Virus record (IMG/VR): IMGVR_UViG_3300042349_000626
Length of the DNA: 64,000 bases
From: a virus
Lineage: Duplodnaviria > Heunggongvirae > Uroviricota > Caudoviricetes
Direction: 5' to 3' (one strand)
Positions 1 through 11,100 of this stretch are shown one piece after another. The position numbers were made by a program, and so were the translations under genes. The notes beneath the pieces are model-generated. The model was not told the DNA's origin. It saw only the letters and a program-made list of their open reading frames with translations, and did no database searches. Each line of letters begins with the position of its first letter. Position 1 is the first letter of the stretch.

Positions 1-1
1 C

Positions 2-175
2 CTGGCACAGACCAACCCCAACGGTCGTCGTGCCCTCCAGGCGTGTGCCAAGGCTGCCAACCGCCACCGTGTCACCCACGACGACGGCACCATCACCCAG
101 ACCGATCGGGTGTTCAGCAAGGCGAGCACCAAGCGCCTCAGCCAGTGGGCACAGGATCGCCCCTCCGCCGTCTGA
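2..175 (+). CDS. 3' end of a hypothetical protein (partial, GC-rich)
   Basis: Open frame LAQTNPNGRRALQACAKAANRHRVTHDDG...RPSAV ending at TGA 173-175. About 67% GC over 1-180 by hand count, with G/C-ending codons. Confidence 0.65.
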   Translation: MAQTNPNGRRALQACAKAANRHRVTHDDGTITQTDRVFSKASTKRLSQWAQDRPSAV

Positions 176-196
176 TGTGGTAGGATAGCGAGCAAC

Positions 197-216
197 GGGG
201 GGCACTCCAGCCCCCC
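197..216 (+). terminator. GC hairpin after the upstream ORF, possible terminator
   Basis: GGGGGGC-ACTCCA-GCCCCCC stem-loop. It has no clean U-tract. Confidence 0.4.
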
Positions 217-241
217 TCCCATTCTCTACACTTTTCTCGAA

Positions 242-523
242 ATGTCTGTTTCTTTCGAAATCACGAACGCCCCCATTTTTCGGACTTTCACGAAAGACGA
301 ATCCTCGGCAATCTACAACATCGAGATTGATGAGAATCTCGTGGAAATCATTTTTCACAGTAACACCGAGCGGGCGTATTCCTTCGAGGGTTCAGTTAGA
401 TTTATTTCCCACCTAACTGCCATGCTTCAGTCACCCGATCTCCTCGGTAATTCACTCGGAGCGACTATAGCGAAAGCTCGGAAGATTGGAGATCTTCAGA
501 TTATCGAATTTCCTGAAGATTGA
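242..523 (+). CDS. hypothetical protein, KTSC-like
   Basis: ESSAIYNIEID..LVEIIFHS....YSF resembles the KTSC pattern SS.I..+.YD...L.+.F.SG..Y.Y. Confidence 0.5.
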   Translation: MSVSFEITNAPIFRTFTKDESSAIYNIEIDENLVEIIFHSNTERAYSFEGSVRFISHLTAMLQSPDLLGNSLGATIAKARKIGDLQIIEFPED

Positions 524-583
524 GGGAGAAAGTATTTCATAAAAAACATCTATTTCTAATAATAATAGAATCACAGATTTATT

Positions 584-612
584 AGAGAGTGATTATTATC
601 ACTCTCTTTTTT
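584..612 (+). terminator. Rho-independent terminator
   Basis: AGAGAGTGAT-TATT-ATCACTCTCT 10-bp stem followed by a T-run. Confidence 0.8.
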
Positions 613-733
613 ATGTTTGAAAATATAATTATAACAATTAAATCATATTTGTTGATTATTAGTATTATTCAGTAATTACGATTAGATGTGTATTATAATA
701 ACTGTGTAATCGTATGTGTGGATATAAAGAATA

Positions 734-804
734 AACAGTTAATCGTAATCGTTCGTTAATTATAATAACAGTTAATCGTAATCGTTCGTTAATTATAATT
801 AACG
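734..804. repeat. 2 x 33-bp perfect tandem repeat ending in an 18-bp palindrome
   Basis: AACAGTTAATCGTAATCGTTCGTTAATTATAAT at 734-766 and 767-799. Palindrome CGTTAATTATAATTAACG at 787-804. Confidence 0.9.
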
Positions 805-939
805 TATAGCGAAAGGGGACCCATCGTTCTAAGCTATAAACGTTTCCCAGAGCCCTCTAAATAATAAAAAGGATTTCGAAATCTCAAGTCCTTCGATTCC
901 AAAAAATTTCCCCCAGAAAAAATCACTCAAAAAGTCGCC

Positions 940-1188
940 ATGGAACATAGAGTTACTTTCAAAACCCCCGATGGCATTCTCCAGGAGAGAATGTTTGATA
1001 ACTTCAATGAGTTTGCCGATAGCATGGACGAAATCGCCAATCAATTTTATTCTGGCATGAAGCCCGAGGTCTCAGTGGAGACCATTTATGATACTATGGT
1101 AAGAAAGGAGAAAGTCACAAATGAACAACCAAGTGAGCCTAGAGGAATGGAATTCCTTAGTGAAGATAGTTCAGAGCCTCAAATCTAA
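940..1188 (+). CDS. hypothetical protein
   Basis: 82-aa ORF downstream of late-type motif CTAAATA (857-863). Confidence 0.6.
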   Translation: MEHRVTFKTPDGILQERMFDNFNEFADSMDEIANQFYSGMKPEVSVETIYDTMVRKEKVTNEQPSEPRGMEFLSEDSSEPQI

Positions 1189-1324
1189 ACTCGACCAACT
1201 TCCAGTACCATTCAAAATGATGTACAGACCTCCCCAACGGGAAGAATATGTAAATATTGTTGAGTTTCTGGATGAACTCGATGAAAGACTTAGAAAGTTA
1301 GAAAATGGCAACACTATTAGTTGA
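1121..1324 (+). CDS. hypothetical protein (coiled-coil like)
   Basis: AAGGAG upstream of the ATG. Overlaps the next gene's start. Confidence 0.7.
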   Translation: MNNQVSLEEWNSLVKIVQSLKSKLDQLPVPFKMMYRPPQREEYVNIVEFLDELDERLRKLENGNTIS

Positions 1325-2168
1325 CGGTATTACAGTTGGTCCAGCACCATTGCCAGGACCACCGACAGCGAATCCTTCGTTGCCCCCAGCAACCTTCGAG
1401 TTCCGCCCACAGGCTGGAACATTACCTTCTGGTGAAAGTGGTCCAAATGCCAATTACATCAGCACCTACCAGCCATTTACATTAACTGTGAGTGCCATAC
1501 CAACAGCACCACTCGAAGTTGTAACAAATGTTACAATACTTGGTCCGAATAGATGTATTTTAGAAGACCCATTACCTGGAAGTGACACAACAAAATCACT
1601 AAACAAAGAACTTAAAATACCTGTGTCGCCATTTTGGGCACCTGGATTGTTCTTAGAACCTCTGGTCGTGTGTACACCTGGACCAGCAGCAACGATCTCT
1701 GGGTATTTCACAGAAAGAAACTGGTATGACCGAGTAATTACTGTGTCATACTTAAATGCTATTGCTAAGTTCACCAGTAATGGATTCTTCTATGCTCCAT
1801 TAGAGAACTTTCCATATAATCTACCATTTGATTTGAATGCTATTAAGATTGCTCTGCCATCGAGCGTAAACATTAACACCTTTTATCCTCTGACAGTAGG
1901 TGCTGCTTATAAGACAGAATCTGAATTACTGGAAGGATATTTGGGGAGTATTGGTCAAGTTATATCATATAAAGGTACAGACATCAAAAAACTTAGATTT
2001 TACTTTGATGTAACGGTTACATCTACTCTTGGTGTGTATCCATTTACTGCTTATATGATTGTACAGTATAATCAAAAGGCAGCAAACGAACGATTGAAGT
2101 TTCTATTAAGACGTAGAAGAAGGAATGCTGTTCTAAATATAGAAGGAGATAACTTCGAAGAAGAGTAA
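1305..2168 (+). CDS. hypothetical, probable virion/baseplate-associated protein
   Basis: 287-aa Pro-rich ORF, TAATG-coupled to the PAAR gene. Confidence 0.7.
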   Translation: MATLLVDGITVGPAPLPGPPTANPSLPPATFEFRPQAGTLPSGESGPNANYISTYQPFTLTVSAIPTAPLEVVTNVTILGPNRCILEDPLPGSDTTKSLNKELKIPVSPFWAPGLFLEPLVVCTPGPAATISGYFTERNWYDRVITVSYLNAIAKFTSNGFFYAPLENFPYNLPFDLNAIKIALPSSVNINTFYPLTVGAAYKTESELLEGYLGSIGQVISYKGTDIKKLRFYFDVTVTSTLGVYPFTAYMIVQYNQKAANERLKFLLRRRRRNAVLNIEGDNFEEE

Positions 2169-2497
2169 TGGATATACCCGCTCTGTACACCCCAGACGAC
2201 ATGACAAGCGGGCATGGTCCTTGGCCACCTGTAGGCTACGCTCCGCCCCCTACAGGGGCTTCTAGCAACGTCTACATCAATAGCAAGCAGGTACACCATG
2301 TAGGAAACGAGACCCTACCCCATTTTCACTTACCACCCGATGTTCACACAGATCGTATCTCTACGGGGTCTCCAACAGTCTTTGTGAACAAGCAGCCAAT
2401 GGCAGTGATTGGTAGCTTACTTACGTCTCAGTACGGTCCTGCTGGGCAGGTAGCGGCTTTTGGAGCCACCTCCGTCTTTGTTGACACAAGGAAGTAA
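2168..2497 (+). CDS. PAAR-like baseplate spike tip protein (gp5.4-like)
   Basis: SGHGPWPP, SSNVYIN, GSPTVFVNKQPMAVIG and GATSVFV motifs with His ligands. Lies just before gp25. Confidence 0.85.
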   Translation: MDIPALYTPDDMTSGHGPWPPVGYAPPPTGASSNVYINSKQVHHVGNETLPHFHLPPDVHTDRISTGSPTVFVNKQPMAVIGSLLTSQYGPAGQVAAFGATSVFVDTRK

Positions 2498-2509
2498 ATA
2501 GGGTATACT
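2481..2509 (+). promoter_or_regulatory. sigma70-type promoter
   Basis: TTGACA (2481-2486), N17, TATACT (2504-2509). Confidence 0.8.
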
Positions 2510-2534
2510 AGGATCGTCGTTCAAATTCAAACTT

Positions 2535-2678
2535 ATGGCTAAGCGTCCGTCTTTCACTGGTGGCGTCAAAATCGAGTCCAAACCCAAGTCCACTCGTCAG
2601 GGTGCTGGGAAGAACACGAAGTATGCTGCCACAAGCAGAAATAATGCTCGTAAAAAGTATCGTGGTCAAGGCAACTAA
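2535..2678 (+). CDS. small basic protein (47 aa), absent from the ORF track
   Basis: MAKRPSFTGGVKIESKPKSTRQGAGKNTKYAATSRNNARKKYRGQGN*, flanked by its own promoter and terminator. Confidence 0.8.
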   Translation: MAKRPSFTGGVKIESKPKSTRQGAGKNTKYAATSRNNARKKYRGQGN

Positions 2679-2684
2679 TAATTC

Positions 2685-2705
2685 AGCGGCGAAAGCCGCT
2701 TTTTT
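2685..2705 (+). terminator. Rho-independent terminator
   Basis: AGCGGC-GAAA-GCCGCT followed by TTTTT. Confidence 0.85.
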
Positions 2706-2778
2706 ATTGATTGTAAATAGTATGGAAGGGATAGCAACCCCTTTAAAAGTTCTGTTTAAACCTCAATGGAGAAAACAG

Positions 2779-2970
2779 ATGGCTATGAGTCCAGTAGATA
2801 AAGGCGAAGATTTTATTCGGTCAGGTATGACTCTGATTTCAGACCTTGCTTCAGAAAAATACATCAGAAAACATAAACTCAGTAAATATAAAGTTCCAGA
2901 AAACCGTTTATCCCGTCAATGTGGTGGGGCTGGCGGTTTTGATGATTTTGTAGAAAGATTTGAAGAGTAA
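2779..2970 (+). CDS. hypothetical protein (63 aa; restart of track ORF 2560..2970)
   Basis: GGAG at 2768-2771 before ATG 2779. The longer upstream start would cross the terminator and the 47-aa gene. Confidence 0.7.
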   Translation: MAMSPVDKGEDFIRSGMTLISDLASEKYIRKHKLSKYKVPENRLSRQCGGAGGFDDFVERFEE

Positions 2971-2971
2971 T

Positions 2972-2979
2972 TATAAATA
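2972..2979 (+). promoter_or_regulatory. T4-type late promoter
   Basis: TATAAATA directly upstream of gp25. Confidence 0.75.
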
Positions 2980-2994
2980 ATAGAAAACAGTTCT

Positions 2995-3387
2995 ATGCCT
3001 ACCTTTCAGACTTTCAAAGATCTGAATATTACTTTTAAGCCTCATCCGGTTACGGGAGATCTAACCGTTGTAAAGGATGAGGCTTCTATTAAGCAGGCGA
3101 TTATTAATTTGTTACTCACTAATCGTGGTGAAAGATTTTTCGATTCTCGAATTGGATCTTCACTGTCGGCATTACTATTTGAACAGTTAGATTTTGCTAC
3201 AGCATCTTTAGTTAATACCGAAATTGAGAACACATTAAGGTCATATGAACCAAGAATTAGAATTCTTTCTTTATCAACAACACCAAATTTTGATGATAAT
3301 GGTTTTGATATAGAATTAGTCTTTGAGGTTGTTGGAAGAGAAGATATTCCAAGAGAAATTACCTTCTTTTTAGAGAGAACACGATAA
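2995..3387 (+). CDS. gp25: baseplate wedge subunit gp25
   Basis: FKDL...HPVTGDL, IKQAIINLLLTNRGERFF and YEPRI motifs. Confidence 0.95.
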   Translation: MPTFQTFKDLNITFKPHPVTGDLTVVKDEASIKQAIINLLLTNRGERFFDSRIGSSLSALLFEQLDFATASLVNTEIENTLRSYEPRIRILSLSTTPNFDDNGFDIELVFEVVGREDIPREITFFLERTR

Positions 3388-5190
3388 ATGGCATACGTTC
3401 AAATCAATAATCTAGATTTTAATGAAATCAGAACCTCGCTTATCGAGTACTTAAGATCACAGTCGGAATTTACCGATTATGATTTTGAGGGTTCAACTCT
3501 AAGCGTTCTTGTTGATTTATTAGCGTATAATACTTATTATACAGCATTTAACACTAATATGGTGGTAAATGAGCTGTTTTTATCTTCTGCTACCTTGAGA
3601 GATAACGTAGTAGCATTAGCAAAGCAGCTAGGATACAAACCAAAATCAATTACTTCGCCAGTAGCGTACATTAATTTTGATGTTCAGTTTACAGGAACTT
3701 CTCCTAGTGTCACCTTTTTGAGAAAAGGAACTGGATTTAATACAATTTTTGATGATAATTTATATCAGTATGTTGTAATTGAAAATCAAGAAGCTGCTGT
3801 TGTAGATGGAACAGCACAGTTTAGAAGTGTCCCTATTTACGAAGGTAGTTTAGTTACTAACACTTATACAGTAAACACATCACTCAAATCACAAAGATTT
3901 GTGATTGAAAATCCAGGGGCAGATATTTCATCAATTAGAGTTAAAATATTCGAATCACAAAGCAGCACATCATTCGAATTCTACGAATATTCTGATAATA
4001 TCTTAAATGTAAACAAAGATTCCAAAGTTTTTTACGTAGAAGAGATTGAAGATGAAAAATATGAACTTTTCTTTGGGGATGGTGTTCTAGGAAGAAAATT
4101 ACAAAATGGAGAATTTGTTGAAGTTAGTTATTTAATTACTAATGGTTCACTAACCAATGGAGCTAGAACATTTACTTTTGCTGGTGTCTTGGAAGATGTG
4201 AACGGCAGCAGTAATTATCCAGTAAATATTAGTGTTTTTAATAACATTACTGTTCCAGCAAACGGCGGCGAAGAAATTGAAAATATTTCTAAAATTAAAT
4301 TTAATGCTCCAAAATATTTCGGAACTCAGGATAGAGCAGTAACTGCCGAAGATTACGCAGCAATCATCCGTAACATTTATCCAGCAGTTGCTGATATTAT
4401 CACCTATGGTGGCGAAGAAGCAAGAAATCCAGAATATGGCAAAGTAAAAATTGTAATCAAGCCAAAAAATACGGCATTACTTTCGAGTGTAACAAAACAA
4501 GATATTATTCGTAAATTAAAACCTTATATGGTTGGTTCTGTGACAGCAGATATTGAAGATCCTTCGATTGTTTATGTAGAACTTACCAGCAAAGTTTTTT
4601 ATTCTAGATCAAAAACTACACAAAAACCCGAAGAAATTCGTAACAAAGTTATTACTGGGCTTCAGGAATATCTAAACCAATCTGATACAGAAAAATTCAA
4701 TGGCAAATTTAGATACAGTAAATTTATTTCTGTAATTGATGATTCAGATAGAGCAATCAATTCAAACCAAACTTCGGTCATGATGAGGAAGGATTTTTAT
4801 CCTTCATTAAACTCAACCTTCTTTTATGAGGTATGTTATCAAAACCAATTTAAGAGAGATTGTGAAGGTCCTTCGATTATGTCAAGTGGGTTCGTAGTTA
4901 GCGAATATCCCAATGATACTGTGTATTTTGAAGATCGAGATGGCAAAATTATCCTATATAGATTAGATTCTATATCTGGTGACAAAATCATTTTAAATGA
5001 TTCACAAGGTATCGTAAATTATGAAAAAGGTGAAGTCCTTTTATACGATTTAACTATCATAAAAGGTAGTTTTGATGATAATCGTATCGAAATTCGAGCA
5101 AATCCATTATCGAATGATATCAATGCTTTACGTAATGTTTACTTAGATGTTGATATTGCTAGAAGTAAATTTACTGCTTATCCCGAGTAA
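3388..5190 (+). CDS. gp6: baseplate wedge subunit gp6
   Basis: FTDYDFEGS, LAYNTYY, FGDGVLG and QDRAVTAEDY motifs. Confidence 0.95.
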   Translation: MAYVQINNLDFNEIRTSLIEYLRSQSEFTDYDFEGSTLSVLVDLLAYNTYYTAFNTNMVVNELFLSSATLRDNVVALAKQLGYKPKSITSPVAYINFDVQFTGTSPSVTFLRKGTGFNTIFDDNLYQYVVIENQEAAVVDGTAQFRSVPIYEGSLVTNTYTVNTSLKSQRFVIENPGADISSIRVKIFESQSSTSFEFYEYSDNILNVNKDSKVFYVEEIEDEKYELFFGDGVLGRKLQNGEFVEVSYLITNGSLTNGARTFTFAGVLEDVNGSSNYPVNISVFNNITVPANGGEEIENISKIKFNAPKYFGTQDRAVTAEDYAAIIRNIYPAVADIITYGGEEARNPEYGKVKIVIKPKNTALLSSVTKQDIIRKLKPYMVGSVTADIEDPSIVYVELTSKVFYSRSKTTQKPEEIRNKVITGLQEYLNQSDTEKFNGKFRYSKFISVIDDSDRAINSNQTSVMMRKDFYPSLNSTFFYEVCYQNQFKRDCEGPSIMSSGFVVSEYPNDTVYFEDRDGKIILYRLDSISGDKIILNDSQGIVNYEKGEVLLYDLTIIKGSFDDNRIEIRANPLSNDINALRNVYLDVDIARSKFTAYPE

Positions 5191-5194
5191 TTAG

Positions 5195-8100
5195 ATGTCA
5201 ACAAGAACCAAAAAAATTTCAACCCTAATTGAAAGCCAATTACCTGGGTTTATATCATCGGAATATGAAAATTTTTCCAAGTTCGTAGAAAAGTATTACG
5301 AACAGCTGGAGATTGTTGGGCAGCCATTAGATATTTTATCGAATCTCACGAAATATCGTGATATCAATTTTTACGAAAAGAATTTACTAAATCAAAAAAC
5401 AACTCTTGTCCAATCAATATTAAATAATTCTACTACAATTACTGTTGAGGATGCTAGTTCTTTTCCTGAAGAGAATGGCTATATTAAAATTGGTGACGAA
5501 ATTTGTTTTTATAAAGAAAGAACTAATACACAATTCTTAGAAGTTTCTAGAGGAGTTAGCGGAAATAACACTCTAGGAGATTTATATACTTCATCTGAAT
5601 TTGTAACCACTCAAGCAGCGCCACATTATGCTGGAGATGATGTTCTTAACATAAGTAATCTGTTTCTATATGCTTTTGTTAAAAATTTTGAAAGCGAGTA
5701 TCTAGGAGCATTTCCAGAAAAATATCTGAAGGGTGATGTAGACAAAAGAACATTAATTAAAAATATTAGTAATTTTTATAGATCAAAAGGAACTGACAGA
5801 TCTATCAAATTTATTTTTAATTCTATTATATCAAAAGATTCAACAGAAGAAGTATCTGTATATAATCCAAAAGATTTTACAATAAAATCATCTACTTCTG
5901 ATTGGATTAACAAGTATGCTTTAAAAGTTAAAGTTATTTCTGGTGATGTTAATAATTTAATTGGAAATGTAATTACTCAATCATTAGATGAGTTTGATAA
6001 AACTATCTCATTTGCTTCTGCTGTAGTTGACAGTATTTCTTATGTTGGACAAGTTGATGGCGAAGATATTTACGAATTAGTTTTAGAGCCATCTACTGTA
6101 AATGGTAATTTTAAAGTTGCTGGTAAATCAACATTAAGAACTAATATTTCGCCATCTAATAGTACCAATTTTAGAGTCGATGTATTTTCAACACAAGGTT
6201 TTCCAAAGCAAGGAAAACTTCAAATTGGTTCAGAAATTTTTAAATACACCGACAAAAATTTAAATCAATTTGTAATTGATGAAAGATCTGCCCAACAATT
6301 ACATTCTGCTGGAAAAAATGTTTATAGTTTTTCCACAACTACAGGATCTGGCGTTTCTTTAATTACATTAGGCATTTTATATAATCTCTTACCAAAAGAA
6401 GGAAAACCTTACTCAGAAACAGGAGATTTTATTCAAGTAGAAAATCTTGGTTTTGAAACTAGAGATCCTGTTGTTTATAATCAATCAACAGATGCCACCA
6501 GATGGTTTATAAACACAGATTTCACGAAAGTAAATTCAGTTGTACCTGGAGTAAATTCTCAAGTAGGTAATTTAAATTCTGATGTATCAGCAATTTATGA
6601 AGATGATCAATATTTCTACGTTTGTTCTTCTTCATTCCCAAATGCTTCTGATTTACTTACTATTGAAGTTACAGAACCACTTGCTGATCAAAAACACCTA
6701 AAATTAATCAGAAAGCAACCAATTACTACTACCGAAGTATATCAAACATCAAATAGAGATGTAGGTATTTTAATTGATGGTACTCCTGTATTTGGTTATA
6801 AAGATTTTGATTTTGTCAAATATGGAAATATTGTATCTACTAAAATAGAAAATAAAGGAAACGGTTATAACGCCCCACCTTTTGTTTTGATTAACGAAGA
6901 ACCAAATAAAGCATTAGCATCTTTGGCTGGTCAAACTGTTGGTAGTGTTGATTTAATTTCTTCCGATGTATATGAAGAAGATCCAGTAATAAGAATTACC
7001 TCAGGTGAAAATGCTAAATTATCTGCTATTGTTACTGATGGTAGAATTACGAGTATTAAAGTTGATAACCCTGGTCGTTATTACTCTTCTCCACCCACTA
7101 TCAGAATTATTGATGAATTGGGCAAAGGAAATTTTGCCGAATATGAGGCTATTTTATCAACTGAAGGAACAATAGAATCATGTAAAAGAATTAGTGGTGG
7201 TAGATTTTATACTCGTGGCTATGTGTCAATTTTTGTTGAGCCTGTAGGTAAAGGGGCACAAGCAACAGCATCTATTAGAAAATGGGTTAAAAATAGATAT
7301 AACAAATTACAAAATTTATTAGACACAAATAATTCTTACGTATTTGAAAATTTTGATACGTCGAAAAAATACGGTTATGGTGTAGTAGCCAATCCAGTTG
7401 TTTTAAGAAAAAGAATTAACGACAACATTAATGCTTTATATCAACAAACCAGCCCATTATCCCACTCACCAATTATTGGATACGCCTACGACGGTAATCC
7501 AATATATGGTCCTTATGGATATTCAAATCCAGTTAACAACACATCTCAAATAGCAAGACTTTCTAGTGGATATGTTTTAAAAAATTCCAGACCAAACGGA
7601 CCATCTGTAGAAGAATATTCGTTGGGCACATTTATTGATGATTACGTTTGGACTCCTAGTGTTCAATCTGGTAAATTAGAATTAGATCAAAATAACGGCA
7701 GATTTTGTGTTACCCCAGATTATCCAAATGGGGTATATGCTTATTTCTTAACGATTGATTCGAACAACACTCCCGTTTTCCCATACGTTTTGGGCAATAA
7801 TTTTTATTCATTGCCAGTAGATTCCAATTACAATTCGGAAATTTCTCAAGATGATATCCCATTAAATGTAAAAAGATTAAAAACTGCAGATTTTGAGCAA
7901 AATGGCGCTGAGTTTTATGGCTTTATTAAAGATGTAAAATCTGGAAACGTATCAAAAGCAACTGTATACGATTCATTAGAAAATTTTTCAGTCAATTCTT
8001 TTGTATCAATTAATAATTTCTTATCTGATGGTGATGGAGCAGAAGCAATCGTTTCTTCTGTAAAAGGCAAAAATGTTGTTTCTTTAGAATCAGAAGAAAC

Positions 8101-11100
8101 AAAAGCAATTCAAATAAAAACTAAAGAGATAGCATATTTGTTTGAAGGCGATATTATAACACAACTTCAAGATGACGGCAATGAAGCTGGTGGTGTATTG
8201 ATTGGAGATGTATTTAATGATAACAATTTTGTCTTAAGAAATGTTTCTGGCAATTTTAATTTAACAGATCCTATTTCTTCATCAACTCAAGTACTTACTT
8301 TAATTTTAGATAAAAATTCTACTTTTACAAAAGGATCGACAATAACATTAACAGATGGTAAAGGAAAAAATAATTCTGATTTAGCAGTAGGAGAAATTTT
8401 AGAAGGAATTATTCGTCAAAATTCAGTAAAAATAAAGGTGATTAGTGGTGAATTTATAATTGATAACAATTATTTTTTAAAGAGCAGCAATTTAGGAGAC
8501 ACTTCAAGATCAAAAATAATTAGTAAATTGTCGTTAAGTGAAAATTTAAATATTTTTGAAATTACTAATAACGTAGCGATTCTAAAAACTAACCAAAATC
8601 ATGGTGTTGCTATAGGTGATAAAATTAACGTTGATATATTACCAGATGATACTTTAACGGAAACAACATATTATGTAAGAAAAAGATTATATCAAAAAGC
8701 AATTTTAAACCCAATATCACATTCATCTCGTATTGTTGATACTGGTATTGGTAGCGCAGATGTATTAAACAGTGGTGCTGATTATGCTTTCGCCACTAAT
8801 TATCAAAATATTGAATTAATTTTCCAAGATTCTTCAAAATCTAGAGATGGTCTTGGTTTACCAGGAAATCCTAATAATGCTAAAGCTACTATACAAGTAT
8901 CAAATATTGATGCTTTAGGTTATGGTCCTGTTAGTAGTGTAACGATTACAGATAAAGGGTCTGGTTATTTACCAGGAGATGTTTTAACTGTTGCTGACGA
9001 AGATTTAGGAAGATTAACAAATTCAGGTAATGAGCAACGTCTGTATATTGTTGTTGATCATGTTGGATTTGCTGCCAACAATTCAGTTATAAAATTATCT
9101 AATGTTAGTAATCTTTCTGTTGATGATTTATTATCATTAGGAGAAGAATTAGTAAAAATTACGTCTGTTGATGTTCAATCAAAAACAGTTACTGTACAAA
9201 GAGGTCAAAAAGGAACTAAAGTAACAAATCACTTTAATGGTTTGTCGGTTTCTTTATTTGAAGGTAATTATAGATTTGATGAAAATTACAGACCTTTTGG
9301 TAGTGAAATAAACAAACCATATATTATTTCATACAACAATGAAAACAAAGAAATTTTTATTTCATATGATTACGGAACAAATACACCAATAAAAATTTCA
9401 AGAAGTTCTAGCTTCTTTGATTCTAGCACTCCAGCAAAATTAGTTACAATAAGATCTAACGAAGAACCACAATTTAAATTAGAGTTTTCAAAAAATAATG
9501 AAACTAATTTAATCACAAATCCAATCGTACAAATACAAAAGTATTACAAATACAAATTTGATGTTAGTCATTTTTCAATGCTTAACACATATTTGGATTT
9601 CTCGGCAAGTTCAAATTATAATATTTTTACAGAGGAAAAATTTGTCAGCACTGTTTCTCCAGGAAATGCCGGATCTTATTTGACTGTAAAATTAGGATTT
9701 GGACCAAATATTGCTAACAATAATTTTACAGAAAGAAAACCAATTAATTTCAATAATTATTTTTACTTCATTAAAGTATCTCCTGATGTAAATACAGAAG
9801 ATTCTTTCTTAAAAATTATTGACGATCCACTATCGGGCGAAAAGAATGTAACTTATGTTACTGATAGACAAATAGTATACAATTTATCAAATACTCCCGA
9901 GTATGACGGTACTGGTCAAATTACATACACAACCAATTCTTCCTTTGCTATTGGAAAAATCGATAGCATAAAAATTTCCAATACCGGCAAAAATTACAAA
10001 AAATTACCTTTCGTTACTGGAGTATTGCCATCTCAGGAATACGAGTGTATTGTTGAACCTATTTACAATACTATTGACAAGACTGTTAATGGGTTTAATA
10101 TTACAAATCCAGGCAAAAATTATTCAAAACCAAAAGCAGTTGTAATTAATTCAGATGATACGTCATACAATTTTGAATGTATCCAAGAAGGTGGTAAAAT
10201 AACATCCATTTTAATTTTAAATGGCGGCAAATTTGATCAAAAACCATCAGTAAAAATTGTAGAATCTGATGTAACAATTCATTTCGAATCAGAAAACATA
10301 GGTGTACCACAAAACGTAAGTATTGTAAATAACGGGTATTATTTTAATAATGATAAAACATCATTAGCAAAATACAAATCACCAACAACATTTGTTTTAA
10401 CTAATGCTGGAGATTATGATTTTTATCCTGGTGAAACTATAACTCAACCATCTACTGGCGCTAAAGCAAAAGTTTCAAAAAATGGATGGAGAATTGGCGG
10501 CAATTTACTAAAAGTAGAAAATATTACTGGTGTTTTCAAAAATAATGCTAGTATTGTTGGTAAAGATGCTTCTAGAACTGGCACTTTAATTGCTCAAATT
10601 TCTACAGAGTTTAATCCTGATGTTCGTTCTTATTATGACAATCAAGGATTTTATTCTTCCGACAAAGGAAAAATTGGATCAAGTTCACAAAAATTACTAG
10701 ATTCATATTTTTACCAAGATTATTCCTATGTAATTAAATCAAAAACTCCAATAGAAATTTGGAAAGATTTAATTAAAGAAACTACTCACCCAGCGGGATT
10801 CCAATTATTTGGTGAAGTATTAATTGAAACGGATGGTAGCATAACAATGCCATCCATACAAAAAACAGTAGAGACATTATCTACAATTAATGTAGCGCCA
10901 ATTGACATAACAATTATTGAAACTAGAAAATATATTACTAATACTATTATTAATTTCGAATCATTACTAGTAGAAAAAGGTCTTGGTGCTGTTTCTGTAG
11001 ATACTTTCGATTCTTCAGAAACATTAGCTTTTGATATAGAATTAGCTACAGAATTTAATGGTGACTATGATCCAAACACAGGAAAAGTTGTTGGCCAAAC

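Noticed and set aside
734-840. CRISPR mini-array or glnA glutamine riboswitch (TAATCGTT start)
   Set aside because: The repeats abut with no spacers, and the riboswitch core GGAAGTA...GAAG is absent.
829-1044. 71-aa minus-strand ORF
   Set aside because: It overlaps ORF 940 and the non-coding motif region, and has no independent support.
2560-2778. N-terminal part of track ORF 2560..2970
   Set aside because: It overlaps the better-supported 47-aa gene and crosses a terminator. The RBS supports a start at 2779.
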